Assembly: GCA_031459625.1 (NCBI GenBank)
Contig: JAVKIH010000007.1
Span: 1-64,000, forward strand
Direction of reading: 5' to 3'
Origin: Candidatus Geohabitans tengchongensis
GTDB taxonomy: Bacteria > Sysuimicrobiota > Sysuimicrobiia > Sysuimicrobiales > Humicultoraceae
Length of the DNA stretch: 64,000 bases
In this document: positions 41,528-51,611 of the stretch, piece after piece
Layout of the letters: each line of letters begins with the position of its first letter
Numbering within the stretch: position 1 is the stretch's first letter
Notes under the pieces: generated by a model
Told to the model about the DNA's origin: nothing
The model's database searches: none
What the model saw: only the letters and a program-made list of their open reading frames with translations
Program-made: the position numbers and the translations under genes

Positions 41528-42526
41528 TTACTCCGCCAACAGGAGGCGTCCGCTGCCTGCGCGCTTCGCCTCGATGAGGGCGGCGTCGGCTTTGCGGATG
41601 AGGTCCTCCGGGTCCACCCCGTCCGCCGGGAACTGGGCGATCCCGGCGCAGACGCTCAGGTGGACGGGCATGCCGTTCCGCCCCACGAAGGTCTCGTCGG
41701 CCACGGCCCGCTGCAGCCGGGCGATGATCGACGCCGCCGGGCCGGCCGGCGTCTCCGGCAGGATCACCACCACCTCGTCGCCCCCGTAGCGGGCGGCGAC
41801 GTCCACGGCCCGCAGGTTGCGCTGGATCACCCCCGCCACCTTGGCCAGGACCTCGTCCGCCACCAGCAGCCCGTGGCTGCGGTTGAGCTCCTTGAACCCG
41901 TCCAGGTCCAGCATCACCAGCGACAGCGGCTTGTCGTAGCGCAACGCCCGCTGCATCTCCTCACGCAGCCGCAGGAAGAAGTAGCGCCGGTTGTACAGCC
42001 CGGTGAGCTCGTCGGTGATGGCCAGCCGCCACATCTTGGACATGAGCTCGAAGTTGGCCAGCAGCCAGGCCAACTGGGCGGCCACCACCGAGATGACCTG
42101 GAGGTCTTCGGGGGTGAAGTCGCGGGCGCCCGAGAGCTTCCCCAGGTTGAGCACGCCGATGACGCGCTCCCGGCTGCGGATGGGGATGATCAGCGCCGAG
42201 CGGGGCCGTGGGGTCGCCCGCGGCGACGGCAGCTCGCCGTAGAGGAGGCGCGGGGTGCCCTCCGCCGCCACCTCGCCCGCCGGACCCTCCTGCAGGCCGA
42301 TGCGCATGCCCGGCGTGACCTCGGCGCTGAGGCCCCGGGCGGCCACGAGGGCGAGACCATCCCCGTCCCGCAGGAGGATGGACCCCTGCTCCGCGTCTAC
42401 CCACTGGAGGAGGCGGTCCAGGTAGCGCTCCAGCGTCTCCTCCAGGTCCTGCCCGGGAGCGACCTCGGCGGCCGTGTCGATCAGCCAGTTCAGGGTGGCG
42501 TGCAGGCGCACCGCTTCCATAACCAT
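41528..42526 (-). CDS. GAF-GGDEF protein (diguanylate cyclase or c-di-GMP receptor)
   Basis: GAF (IIPI...VIGVL...F-x-x-ED); TDELTGLYNRR, DLDGFK, RAVD I-site, RYGGDEV. Confidence 0.9.
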   Translation of the reverse strand: MVMEAVRLHATLNWLIDTAAEVAPGQDLEETLERYLDRLLQWVDAEQGSILLRDGDGLALVAARGLSAEVTPGMRIGLQEGPAGEVAAEGTPRLLYGELPSPRATPRPRSALIIPIRSRERVIGVLNLGKLSGARDFTPEDLQVISVVAAQLAWLLANFELMSKMWRLAITDELTGLYNRRYFFLRLREEMQRALRYDKPLSLVMLDLDGFKELNRSHGLLVADEVLAKVAGVIQRNLRAVDVAARYGGDEVVVILPETPAGPAASIIARLQRAVADETFVGRNGMPVHLSVCAGIAQFPADGVDPEDLIRKADAALIEAKRAGSGRLLLAE

Positions 42527-42731
42527 TTCCCTATGCCCGGGCCCGAGCCGGCTGAGACCGCCCGGCAGGAGGCCGCGGGCGACGGATCGCGGGCCGCGCG
42601 CTGGCCTGCCGACGGCGGGACGACCGCTCCCTGAACCGGCGGCCGGGCACCCGCCCGGAGCGCGGACTGACAGAACGGCGCCGGGCGGACCCACCCGGCG
42701 CCGTCTCCCCGGGACATCCCGGCCTCCGGCC

Positions 42732-43370
42732 CTACGGCCGCGCCTCGGGCAGGACGAAGGTGTTGGAGACGACGTTCAGTCGCAGGCGGGGCAGCGGCTG
42801 CTGGGGCGAGATGGCGAGCTGGGTCATGGCGATGAAGCGGGGGAAGTTCTCCAGCCGGCGCAGCATGCTGAGCAGCGTGTCGTAGGTCCCCTCGAAGGAG
42901 AGCTCCAGCCGGAACTGCTGGTAGGGCGGGGCGGCCGGCTGGGCCTGCTGCCCCTGCCCGGAGGCCGGGGCAGGGGCGGCCGCGGGCGGCTGCCCCTGTC
43001 GCGGCCCGGCGCCGGCCTGGCCGGTGGGGGCCTCCAGGGCGCCGGGGCGGATGAGGTTCATCTTCACCCCGACCTCACTGGCCACCGCCTGCATCTGACG
43101 CAGCAGCGTGGGGATCTCCCGCGCCGGGGGCAGCTTGGCCTCGATGGCCTGGATGCGGTCCTGCAGGGCCCGGTACTCCCGCTCCAGGTCCTCGCGCTGG
43201 GCGGCCAGCTGCTCCATCTCCGCCACCTGCTGCTGCTTCTGGGTGAGCTGCGCGCTGAGGCGGCGGATCTCGTCCTGCTTCCCCGTGTAGACGAAGAAGT
43301 AGAACCCGGCCGCCAGCGCCAGCGTGACGAGCACGCTGACGAGGAGTCGCTCGCGTGGGCTGGTCTTCAT
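42732..43370 (-). CDS. pilO: Type IV pilus alignment protein PilO
   Basis: RER-TM, coiled coil, LP-x-x-x-EIP-x-LL, G-x-Y; downstream of pilN. Confidence 0.87.
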   Translation of the reverse strand: MKTSPRERLLVSVLVTLALAAGFYFFVYTGKQDEIRRLSAQLTQKQQQVAEMEQLAAQREDLEREYRALQDRIQAIEAKLPPAREIPTLLRQMQAVASEVGVKMNLIRPGALEAPTGQAGAGPRQGQPPAAAPAPASGQGQQAQPAAPPYQQFRLELSFEGTYDTLLSMLRRLENFPRFIAMTQLAISPQQPLPRLRLNVVSNTFVLPEARP

Positions 43371-43927
43371 CGGCTGCTCTCCGGGGTGGCGCCGGGCTTG
43401 ACCAGGCGTCCGGTCACCTGGAAGCGGACGACCTCGACCTCGCCCACCCGCTCACGCTCGGCGGAGCTCAGGTCGAGGCCGTCGAAGAGGCGGCTGGACT
43501 CCAGGTTGTCCATGAGCCGCGCCACCGCCACGAAGCTCATGGCCATCCCGTCGATGGTGAAGGACCCGGTGTCGGGCACGTTCAGGGTAGTCATCCAGAC
43601 GTCCCGGGGGATGAGCACCCGGATGTTGGCCAGGATGGAGGAGGCGGGGAGCTGGCTGGCCAGCAGCTGCGCCAGCAGGTCCTCCTTGCGCCGGGCCTCC
43701 TCGATCTGCCGCTTGAGCGCCTGGACCTCCGCCACCTGCGGTTGCAGCTCGGCGATGCGCGCGTCGGCCCGGCGCAGCTCCCCCTGCAGGGCGGCGAGGC
43801 GGGCGGAGAGGCTCAGGTAGACGACGACGAGCACGACGAGCACCGCCACGGGCAGGGCGACCGCCAGGAGCGCCCCGCCGGGCACCTGGCGCCGCGGCCG
43901 CCGCGGCAGGAGGTTGATCCGGATCAT
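43367..43927 (-). CDS. pilN: Type IV pilus alignment protein PilN
   Basis: MIRINLLP, TM, coiled coil, P-x-DVW. Confidence 0.92.
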   Translation of the reverse strand: MIRINLLPRRPRRQVPGGALLAVALPVAVLVVLVVVYLSLSARLAALQGELRRADARIAELQPQVAEVQALKRQIEEARRKEDLLAQLLASQLPASSILANIRVLIPRDVWMTTLNVPDTGSFTIDGMAMSFVAVARLMDNLESSRLFDGLDLSSAERERVGEVEVVRFQVTGRLVKPGATPESSR

Positions 43928-45009
43928 CGCTCCTCTCCCCCTCTGAGCGCGAGGCCGACGGCCACCGACATCACGGGGCCGGTGGAGGCCAGGACGTCGG
44001 GGCCGAAGGCCGCGCCGTTGACCTCCAGGTGGGCGAAGGGGTTGCCGACCTCGACCGGCAGGCCCAGTTCGGCGGCCAGCACGCGGTCGAGGTTGCGCAG
44101 CCGGGCCAGCCCGCCGGTGAGCACCACCTGCGAGACCACGGCGGCGCGCGTGCGCGTCTGGTAGTAGTCCAGGGAGCGCCGCACCTCGGTGATCAGGTCG
44201 CCCACCTGCGGGGCGATGGCGTCGTGGATGCGCTGCACGGTCAGGTCGTCGGGGATGGCGTTCTCGTCCAGGATCTCCCCGCGCTCCTCCAGCAGCTGCC
44301 GGGCCGCCCCCTCGTCCAGGCCCATGGCCTCCTGGACGGCGTGCACGAGCGAAGTGCCGCCGATGGGGATGTTGCGCGTCAGCCGCAGGCGGTCCCCCTC
44401 GGTAATGACGATGTCGCTGGCCTCGGCACCCAGGTCGATGAAGACCACGGTGCGCTCCGGCGCCTGGGCGGGGCGCAGGGCCCGCAGCACGGCGAAGGAC
44501 TCGACGTCCACCACGATGGGGGTGAGGCGGGCCGCCTCCACCGTCTCGATGATGCGCTGGACCACGTCCTGGCGCGTGGCCACCACGACGACGTCCAGCA
44601 TCTTGCGCCCGTCTTCGGTGGACTCCCCCAGCACCTGGTAGTCCATGTAGACGTCCTGGATGTTGTAAGGGAGGTAGCGCTCCGCCTCGTAGCGGACCGC
44701 CGCGGTCAGCTCCTGGGCGGTCATGGGCGGGACGCGCACCTCGCGCACCGTGACGTTCTGGCCGCCGGCGCCCACGACGACGCGGTCGGTGCGGATGCCG
44801 GCCTTGTCGAAGAGCGCCCGCACCTGCGCCCCCACCTCGTCGGGGGCGACCGGCACCCCGTCCCGGAAGGCGCCGGCGGGCGAGGGGAGCGTGGCCATGC
44901 GGGCCAGCCGGTAGGTGCGGCCGGCCCGGACCAGCTCCACGACCTTCAACCGGTCGCTGCCGATGTCCAGCCCGACCAGGGATCCGGAGGAGAACTTGAA
45001 CAGGCCCAT
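43924..45009 (-). CDS. pilM: Type IV pilus assembly protein PilM
   Basis: VGLDIGS, EAERYLP, VDVESFA, IDLGA, EVRRSLDYY, LTGG, AVGLALR. Confidence 0.95.
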   Translation of the reverse strand: MGLFKFSSGSLVGLDIGSDRLKVVELVRAGRTYRLARMATLPSPAGAFRDGVPVAPDEVGAQVRALFDKAGIRTDRVVVGAGGQNVTVREVRVPPMTAQELTAAVRYEAERYLPYNIQDVYMDYQVLGESTEDGRKMLDVVVVATRQDVVQRIIETVEAARLTPIVVDVESFAVLRALRPAQAPERTVVFIDLGAEASDIVITEGDRLRLTRNIPIGGTSLVHAVQEAMGLDEGAARQLLEERGEILDENAIPDDLTVQRIHDAIAPQVGDLITEVRRSLDYYQTRTRAAVVSQVVLTGGLARLRNLDRVLAAELGLPVEVGNPFAHLEVNGAAFGPDVLASTGPVMSVAVGLALRGGEER

Positions 45010-45310
45010 GTAGACAACCGCCTCTGGTGATCTCGGACGTCCCGGCTCCGCTCCCAGGAGTGTTATCGGCCGGGAGGCGCCGGAGAACAGGGCGGGCCGA
45101 CGACGTGGCGGCGGCCCGGCCGTCCGCGTATTCGACGCGAGCCCGCCGGGCCCTGCGGCCGGCTGCCTGCCTCGGTGCCCTTATGCCCGTTTGGAGGATC
45201 CTTCAGGCGCGCCTCATGCGGGAAGGCGGCAGGCTGCCCGGTGGGGGAGGCGGGGCGACGGCCGGGCCGGGCGGCGCCGGGGCCCCGAGGAGCGGCCGTT
45301 CGGGGGCCCC

Positions 45311-47293
45311 TCAGGGCGCGCCCAGCTCCATCCAGCGGGGGCGGTCGTAGAGCGAGTCCTCCCGGCCCACCCCGGGTCCCCGGCGGGCGGCGTAGACGCC
45401 GGTGAGGGGGAAGAAGGGCGGGGAGATGGCCGAGCGCAGGCGCGGGTCGTAGGTGAAGTCGCGGCCGTAGCCCTTCGGGGGTGAGGTGATGGCCCCGAAC
45501 TCCCCGAACCGAAACTGGACGACGCTGCCGAGGAAGTGTACCGCGCCCTTGTCCGGCACCGTGTCCCACCCCTTCACCCAGAACTGCCCGTTGGGGGCCA
45601 GGACGGCCGCATCGACGTACAGGTCGCGCGGCGTGACGAACCCGTCGATGGTGATCCGGCCGCCCAGCGACCACAGGCCCAGGACGTTGCCGGGCAGGTC
45701 GAGCGGGTCGGTGACGACGGGCGGGCGCTCGTAGACCAGGTGGTCGGTGATGTGGATGTCGCCGCTCGCGGCGATGGTCAGGCGCGTGTCGCGCTGCACC
45801 GTCCCCCACAGGCCGCCGGGGTTGGCGGGATTGGCCGAGTTGCTGCGGATCTGCCCCTCGACGTAGACCATCCCGTTGAAGAGGGCGGTGTAGGTGGTGC
45901 AGGTGGCGAACCCCGGCCCCTGGCAGGCCTGGATGCGCGTGCCGGCGGGGTCGAGGACGATCTTCCGCGTGCGGGCGGTACCGCACCCGGCGGTGCAGGC
46001 GCTCTCGACGATGATGACCTGCCGCCCGCTCTCGACGCGCAGCTCGAGGGCCTGCACGTCCCCCTGGATGTAGAGGCCCCCGCACCCCAGGCTCCCGCAG
46101 GTGTCCATCACGTAGATCCCCGGCGGGGGCGGGCCGCCGACGTCGGGCAGGTCGCTGGTGCCGCGCCGGATGGCCGCGGGGCCCGGCGGACCGCCCCACA
46201 GCGGGGTGTCGCCGACCGCGGCCCGGGCCGGGTGGACCGACCCGGGGCCGGTGAGGGTGGGCGGCGCGAGCGGGGCCACCCGGCGGATCACCGCCCCCTG
46301 CACGGCGTCGCATGGGGCGCCGCCGCTCGTGCCGCTCGACTGCTGCGGCAGGAGCGTCACCGGGCGGTCCTCGGTGAACCCGCAGTTGTGGTAGCGGATG
46401 TCCGCGTCCACCTGGGTGGTGCTCGGGTCGTTGAACGTCGGCCGTCCCCAGATCTGGAAGCGGCTGTTCGTGTGCACCGGTCCGGTGAAGACGCTCGTGG
46501 TGTACATCCAGGTGGCCGAGTCGGCCGGGTCGCTGCTGAGGATCCCCAGCGCCCATTCGTGGTAGGCCGCCCGCTCGATCAGCATGGGGAACCCGGTCCC
46601 GCTCCCCGTCCATGCCGCGGTGGGGGGCTCCCAGGCGTCGCAGGGGACGGCCCCGGTGGGCGGACCGACCAGGCAGACCGTCCGCTGCGCGTTCCCGGCC
46701 GTCCCTGTCGCCACGATCCGGTAGTCGAACCACATCAGGTAGCGCTCGGGGGCGAGCGGGCCGCCGACCTGACAGACCACGCCCGTCCGCCGGGTGGGCC
46801 GCAGCGTCACCGTGGCGTGGAAGCGCCCCAGCGAGCGCCCCGCGGGGCTGTCGGTGAGCTGCACGGGAGCCGCGGGCGTCCCCACCGCCAGCCGCACCTC
46901 GCGGTTGGCCGCGTCCTCGACCCAGTCCGTGCTGCCCAGCGTGAGCGGGTAGGCGAAGTCCCGCACGATCTGCCAGGCACCGGCCCCCGGAGTGCCGGTC
47001 TGTTCGGCCGTGCAGGGGGCGAGGAGCTGGCTCTGAGCGGCACCGGCCACGCGGACGTTGAGATCGACGGCAAAGCGCTGGCGGAGCTCCCCCAGCGCGT
47101 AGTAGGCGCCCGCTTCCGCAGCGGCGAGGGCCTGGACGCTGCGGAGCTGGTCTGCGGACATGGTGCGCTCGCCCATGGTGGTGAGGGCCATGACGCCCAC
47201 GAGCAGCGTGAGCACGAGGATGGTGGCCAGGGCGGCCATGAGCGCCACCCCACGTTCGTCGTCGACCAGGTGCACGAGGAACCGGACCGGCAT
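45311..47293 (-). CDS. Large PilX-like minor pilin/putative tip protein, paralog 1 (DUF4900-like C-terminus)
   Basis: ERG|VALMA class III signal without Glu+5; AEAG; FTGPVHTN; TIAASGDI; YDPRL...PPFFP. Confidence 0.8.
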   Translation of the reverse strand: MPVRFLVHLVDDERGVALMAALATILVLTLLVGVMALTTMGERTMSADQLRSVQALAAAEAGAYYALGELRQRFAVDLNVRVAGAAQSQLLAPCTAEQTGTPGAGAWQIVRDFAYPLTLGSTDWVEDAANREVRLAVGTPAAPVQLTDSPAGRSLGRFHATVTLRPTRRTGVVCQVGGPLAPERYLMWFDYRIVATGTAGNAQRTVCLVGPPTGAVPCDAWEPPTAAWTGSGTGFPMLIERAAYHEWALGILSSDPADSATWMYTTSVFTGPVHTNSRFQIWGRPTFNDPSTTQVDADIRYHNCGFTEDRPVTLLPQQSSGTSGGAPCDAVQGAVIRRVAPLAPPTLTGPGSVHPARAAVGDTPLWGGPPGPAAIRRGTSDLPDVGGPPPPGIYVMDTCGSLGCGGLYIQGDVQALELRVESGRQVIIVESACTAGCGTARTRKIVLDPAGTRIQACQGPGFATCTTYTALFNGMVYVEGQIRSNSANPANPGGLWGTVQRDTRLTIAASGDIHITDHLVYERPPVVTDPLDLPGNVLGLWSLGGRITIDGFVTPRDLYVDAAVLAPNGQFWVKGWDTVPDKGAVHFLGSVVQFRFGEFGAITSPPKGYGRDFTYDPRLRSAISPPFFPLTGVYAARRGPGVGREDSLYDRPRWMELGAP

Positions 47294-47313
47294 CGCGCCT
47301 CGAACCTCCCTGC

Positions 47314-48201
47314 TCACCGCGGCGGCGGGGGCGTCGGCGGTGGTGTGGGTGTGGGTGTCGGCGTCCGTGTGGGGGTGGGCGTCGGCGCGGGCGTCGGCGT
47401 CCGCGTGGGGGTGGGGGTCGGGGTCGGCGTGGGCGTCGGTCGTGGTGTCGGCGTCGGTGTGGGCGCGGGCGTTGGCGTCGGAGGCGGAGTGGGTCGTGGG
47501 GTCGGCGTGGGCGTGGGCACGGGCGTGGGGGTTGGCGTGGGTGTGGGCGGCGCGATCGCCCGCCCGGGCGTCGGGCGCCCCGGGACCGTACCCCCTCCCC
47601 CGCTCCCGCCGCCCGCCCCTGTGGGGGCCGAGCGCAGGAACAGGTCGGTGCTCACCCGCCACAGGCCGAACGGCAACCGGGTGGAGCGGCGTACCCCCAC
47701 GCGGGCCTGCAGCCTGACCACGTCCCCCGGCGCGGGTGAGGCGGTCGGCGTGCACCCCCCGGCCGCGTCGCAGTACTCGACGTGAAACTCCTCGATGCGC
47801 GCCGCCAGGACGATGGCCCCGGAGGTCACCGGGCAGCCCGGGCCCGTCCCGTCCACCAGCTCGCGCCGCAACGTCGGCGGCGTGCTCGACCCGTCGTGCC
47901 GGAAGCGGACCCGGTAGCGGCACCCCGGGAAGATGGGGTTGTCCGGCGGGACCTCCACCGTGACCCGGTCGGGGCAGAGACTGCCGGTGCACCCCGCATC
48001 GGCCACGACCGCTTCGGCCCAGCGGACCTCCTCGGCCAGATGGTCCATCCCCCGGCGCGCAGCCTGCTGCGCCTCAAGGAACTCTCCGCTCACCAGGACC
48101 CCTGAGGCAGCGCTCACCGCCATCGCATAGAGCCCCACCGCGGCGATGGCGAGGACCGCCAGGGCCACGACCACCTCCAGCAGGGAGAGGCCGCTGGCCA
48201 T
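47314..48201 (-). CDS. PilW-like minor pilin with a C-terminal Pro-Thr tail; possible alternative GTG start at 48222
   Basis: SG|LSLLE; QQAAR...EEVRWA; tail of about 78 aa of PT. Confidence 0.85.
   Translation of the reverse strand: MASGLSLLEVVVALAVLAIAAVGLYAMAVSAASGVLVSGEFLEAQQAARRGMDHLAEEVRWAEAVVADAGCTGSLCPDRVTVEVPPDNPIFPGCRYRVRFRHDGSSTPPTLRRELVDGTGPGCPVTSGAIVLAARIEEFHVEYCDAAGGCTPTASPAPGDVVRLQARVGVRRSTRLPFGLWRVSTDLFLRSAPTGAGGGSGGGGTVPGRPTPGRAIAPPTPTPTPTPVPTPTPTPRPTPPPTPTPAPTPTPTPRPTPTPTPTPTPTRTPTPAPTPTPTRTPTPTPTPPPTPPPPR
47320..47550 (-). repeat. Degenerate 6-nt repeat encoding (Pro-Thr)n
   Basis: GGCGTG/GGCGTC/GGGGTG/GGTGTG units on the + strand. Confidence 0.95.
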
Positions 48202-48233
48202 CAGCCGGCGAGACCTGGACACGCCCACCGCCC

Positions 48234-48803
48234 TCAACTCCGCCACCACATCCCGCGCAGGATCGCGGAGGAGAGTTCGGCCCGCAGCAGGCCGTCGTGG
48301 TAGACCCGCACGGTCACCCACTTGACCAGGTTGCTGTCCGTGGCGGCGTTCCCCGTGATGGGGCACGGGGGCCCGGTCGGGTCGCGGGCCACGCGGCAGG
48401 GCACCGGGGCGGACGCCATCGCCACCTGGTCCACCAGGATCTCGTAGGCGTAGGCCCCGAAGGGCGGGGCGAAGGGGGTCGGGCCTTGCGAGGTCAGGGC
48501 GTCCCAGGCCGCGGTCCACTGCGCCAGGGTGGGCTGGGCCTCGACGCGCGCCCGCACCTCCTCGAGCGTGCGGGCCGCCAGGTTCGCCGCCACCGTCGCG
48601 CTGCCGCTGCGGTTGGTCACGACCAGGATGGTGGCGGCAGCACGCGCCGCAAAGAGCAGCGCCAGTGCCGCCAGCGTGAGGGCCACCACGACTTCCAGCA
48701 AGGTGAGGCCGCGCTCGGCCCATCGTCCCTGCCCGCGGCGCGGGATCCGGGTCGGACGCGCACGGCAGGGAGGGTGAGACAGGTTTCCAGGCGGCCAGGG
48801 CAC
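48234..48803 (-). CDS. PilV-like minor pilin; start uncertain
   Basis: RG|LTLLE, hydrophobic helix, ATVAANLA...LEE, KWVTVRV. Confidence 0.83.
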   Translation of the reverse strand: MPWPPGNLSHPPCRARPTRIPRRGQGRWAERGLTLLEVVVALTLAALALLFAARAAATILVVTNRSGSATVAANLAARTLEEVRARVEAQPTLAQWTAAWDALTSQGPTPFAPPFGAYAYEILVDQVAMASAPVPCRVARDPTGPPCPITGNAATDSNLVKWVTVRVYHDGLLRAELSSAILRGMWWRS

Positions 48804-48913
48804 GAGACGCCACTCCCTCCACTCGGCCGTGAGTGCTGCAGCGACAAGGGTTGTCGGCTGGTCTGTGAACACGGGCTCATTCGACGCCCCTGGCGCGCGT
48901 CCCTCGTTTCGCT

Positions 48914-48930
48914 ACATTTGCTGACATTTG
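48914..48930. promoter_or_regulatory. Direct repeat ACATTTG x2 with 10-bp period upstream of cassette 1
   Basis: ACATTTG-CTG-ACATTTG in an AT-richer intergenic patch. Confidence 0.4.
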
Positions 48931-49000
48931 GTCGCAGGGGGATGGACGGGAGCGTGCCGGGAGTTTGGCCTGAACGTCCGGGGAAGTTCTCCCGATCCGG

Positions 49001-49522
49001 CTATGGGGCGAGCTCGACGCGGCCGCCCACGTTCACCACCACGCGGCGCTGCCCCCCGCCGGGCGTGCGCAGCACCACGGCCCCCGCGTTGGGGTTGCCG
49101 AACGGCGAGACGGTCATCGTGTTGCCCGCGAAGGAGGTGCTGGCCAGGTCGATGCGCGAGGGCAGGGTCACGGCCCGCAGCGGCTGCCAGCCGGTGGCCG
49201 GGCACCCGGTGGTGACGTCCCACGGATCGGTGGTGAACTGCAGGGTGTAGGCCTCGCCGGCCGGGTCGAAGGTCACCCGCCAGCAGCGCCGCTCGGTGCG
49301 GGCCCGCTGCTCCACCAGGCGCAGGTCCCCGACCAGCGTGCGGGCGGCGCCGGCCAGCCGGCGGTCGTCGATGAGGCTGCGGCCCCCCAGGCTCAGCGCC
49401 AGGAGGATGCCCAGCAGCACCACCACCACGACCACCTCGACCAGCGAGAGGCCCTGCTGGTCACGGCCCGGTCCAGCGGAGGAGCGTCCCATCGCCATCC
49501 CTGTTCCGTCCGCCTCCGCCAT
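49001..49522 (-). CDS. FimT/FimU/GspH-like minor pilin
   Basis: QG|LSLVE; AAR-x-L-x-x-DLR...AR; C-terminal V-x-x-x-GRV. Confidence 0.85.
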   Translation of the reverse strand: MAEADGTGMAMGRSSAGPGRDQQGLSLVEVVVVVVLLGILLALSLGGRSLIDDRRLAGAARTLVGDLRLVEQRARTERRCWRVTFDPAGEAYTLQFTTDPWDVTTGCPATGWQPLRAVTLPSRIDLASTSFAGNTMTVSPFGNPNAGAVVLRTPGGGQRRVVVNVGGRVELAP

Positions 49523-49534
49523 GCCCCTGCCGGC

Positions 49535-51586
49535 CTAGTCGCGCACCAGCTCCTCCCAGATGGGGCGGTCGTAGAGGAGGTCGACGCGATCGCGCGGGTC
49601 GGGCATGTTGGGCCACAGCAGCGCGGTGAACTGCGTGGTCAGCGGGATGAACGGGGGGGCCGTGTTGTAGAGGAAGCGCTGGTCGAAGGCCATCTCGCGC
49701 CCGTACCCGGTGATGGGATCGAAGCCGCCGAACTCCCCGAAGCGCTTCTGGGTGGCCCCGCCCAGGAAGTGGAGGGTCCCCTTGTCGGGCAGCCTGTTCC
49801 ACCCCTCCACCCAGAACTGTCCCCACGGCGCGAGCACCCCGGCGTCGATGTAGAGGTCGTTGGGGGTCATGTCCCCCACGACCGTCACGTCCCGGGGACG
49901 GATCCGCGGCGCGTCGTCGCGCGGGTTGCTCGCGTCGCAGGAGGACGGGTCGCCGGTGCGGGGGCTGGAGCACCAGGCGTACAGCCCGAGCACGTTGGCC
50001 ACCGGGTCAGTGGGCCCGGTGGGCGGCTGGGCGTAGACCAGGTGGTTGGTCACGCGGATCTCGCCGTCGGCGGCGATGGTCAGGCGGGTGTCGGGGTGCA
50101 CGGTGCCGTACAGGCCGGTCCGCGGGTCGCGCGGATCGCTCAGCACGCTGCCGTTCACAAAGAGCATGCCGTTCCACTGCTTCCCCGTGTCGACGCAGGC
50201 GGCGTCGTTCCAGGCCACGGCCCCCGGACAGACGCGCACCGCTCCGCCCGGCAGGAGGACGAACTTCTTCGCCGGGACCGCGGGGTCGGCGTGCACGACC
50301 ACGATCTCCTGCAGGCCGGCGCGGCAAGGCATCGCCGTGCACTGCAGCACCAGGTTGCGGACGTCCCCATGGACGAAGATGCCGCCGCAGGTCGCCGCGG
50401 CGCACTCGTCCATGAAGTAGATGCCCGGGGGCAGCCGCACGCCGTTGATCGTCTGGTTGCGGGCGGCGACGTCGATGGCCGGGTCGGTGGTGCGGCTGCG
50501 CACCTGGGCTTCACTGGGCTGGAGGGGCCGCGTGGTGGGGGCATCGCCGATGACGGCGCGGAAGGGGCTGTAGTCCCCGGGCGGGTTCAGCACCTGCACG
50601 TTGTCGGCCGGCCCGCGCGCCAGCGGCGCGCCCTGGTAGGCCGGCCGGTCGCAGGACGGGTTGCTGTCCGCGGCGAGGAGCTGGGGCGTGCCGCAGTTGC
50701 CGAAAAGCACGTTGGACAGGACCTGGCTCACCGTGGAGCGGAACGTCGGGGCCCCCCAGATGGCGAAGCGGCTGTTCGTGTGCACCGGCCCGGAGAAGAC
50801 CGTCGTGTCCACCAACCAGACCGGGTTGGTCGCGTCGAACGCCGTGTCCAGCGTGGCCGAGGCGAAGCAAACGTAGCAGCGCAGCCCGATAACCAGGGGG
50901 AACCCCTGGTCGCTGTCCCATCGCGGGTCGCCCTTGTCGGGGGCGGCCAGCCAGGCGCCGCAGGCGGCGGTGTTGGCCACGGACTTCAGGCAGATGGTGC
51001 GGCGAGCCTCCTGGGTGACGCCGGTGGCCACGATGAAGTAGTCGAGCGGCATGCGGAAGTACTGCGGGGGGAAGGGCGGCGGTGGCTGGCAGTCGTTGGA
51101 CCCCGGCCCCGGGGAGTTGTCGGCCGGCCGCACGTAGACCGTGGCGTACCACGCGCCCACGACGTTCCCCGCCGCGTCGCGGACCTCGATGGGGACGGCC
51201 GCGCTCCCCAGCGGGAGCCAGGCGTAGCGCTGCGCGTCGTCCTCCTGCCACTCGCCGGGGTCGCCGGCGAAGGCGGCCACCACCTTCCACGCCTGGCCGC
51301 GGTTGGTCTGGCACCAGGTGCGCAGGAGGTTGCCGTCGGCGAAGGTCACGCGGGCGGAGAGCTGGTTGGGGTGGCGCAACCGGTAGCGCAGCTCGGCCAG
51401 CGCGCGGTAGGCGCCGGCCTCGGCCAGGTGGAGCGCCTGGGCGCCGCGGCTCTGGGCGTAGGAGAGACCCGTCTCGCTCATCGTGGCCATGGCCAGCGCG
51501 GCCACGACGATGGTCAGGACGATGACGGCCAGAACGGCGCTCAACAGGGCCACGCCTGCCTGATCGCGACCGAGGGCCTTCCACAT
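49535..51586 (-). CDS. Large PilX-like minor pilin/putative tip protein, paralog 2
   Basis: [42 protein letters not shown]...PPFIP. Confidence 0.8.
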   Translation of the reverse strand: MWKALGRDQAGVALLSAVLAVIVLTIVVAALAMATMSETGLSYAQSRGAQALHLAEAGAYRALAELRYRLRHPNQLSARVTFADGNLLRTWCQTNRGQAWKVVAAFAGDPGEWQEDDAQRYAWLPLGSAAVPIEVRDAAGNVVGAWYATVYVRPADNSPGPGSNDCQPPPPFPPQYFRMPLDYFIVATGVTQEARRTICLKSVANTAACGAWLAAPDKGDPRWDSDQGFPLVIGLRCYVCFASATLDTAFDATNPVWLVDTTVFSGPVHTNSRFAIWGAPTFRSTVSQVLSNVLFGNCGTPQLLAADSNPSCDRPAYQGAPLARGPADNVQVLNPPGDYSPFRAVIGDAPTTRPLQPSEAQVRSRTTDPAIDVAARNQTINGVRLPPGIYFMDECAAATCGGIFVHGDVRNLVLQCTAMPCRAGLQEIVVVHADPAVPAKKFVLLPGGAVRVCPGAVAWNDAACVDTGKQWNGMLFVNGSVLSDPRDPRTGLYGTVHPDTRLTIAADGEIRVTNHLVYAQPPTGPTDPVANVLGLYAWCSSPRTGDPSSCDASNPRDDAPRIRPRDVTVVGDMTPNDLYIDAGVLAPWGQFWVEGWNRLPDKGTLHFLGGATQKRFGEFGGFDPITGYGREMAFDQRFLYNTAPPFIPLTTQFTALLWPNMPDPRDRVDLLYDRPIWEELVRD

Positions 51587-51611
51587 CGTCGAGGTCACCT
51601 CTCCTCCTGGC

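Noticed and set aside
45080..45200. Possible c-di-GMP-I riboswitch upstream of pilM (also checked 39575-39787 and 40535-40795)
   Set aside because: Only a GCCGGGCYGCC-like 3' fragment is present; the GGCAAA/GAAA/GCAAAG core is missing. An Infernal/Rfam scan would settle it
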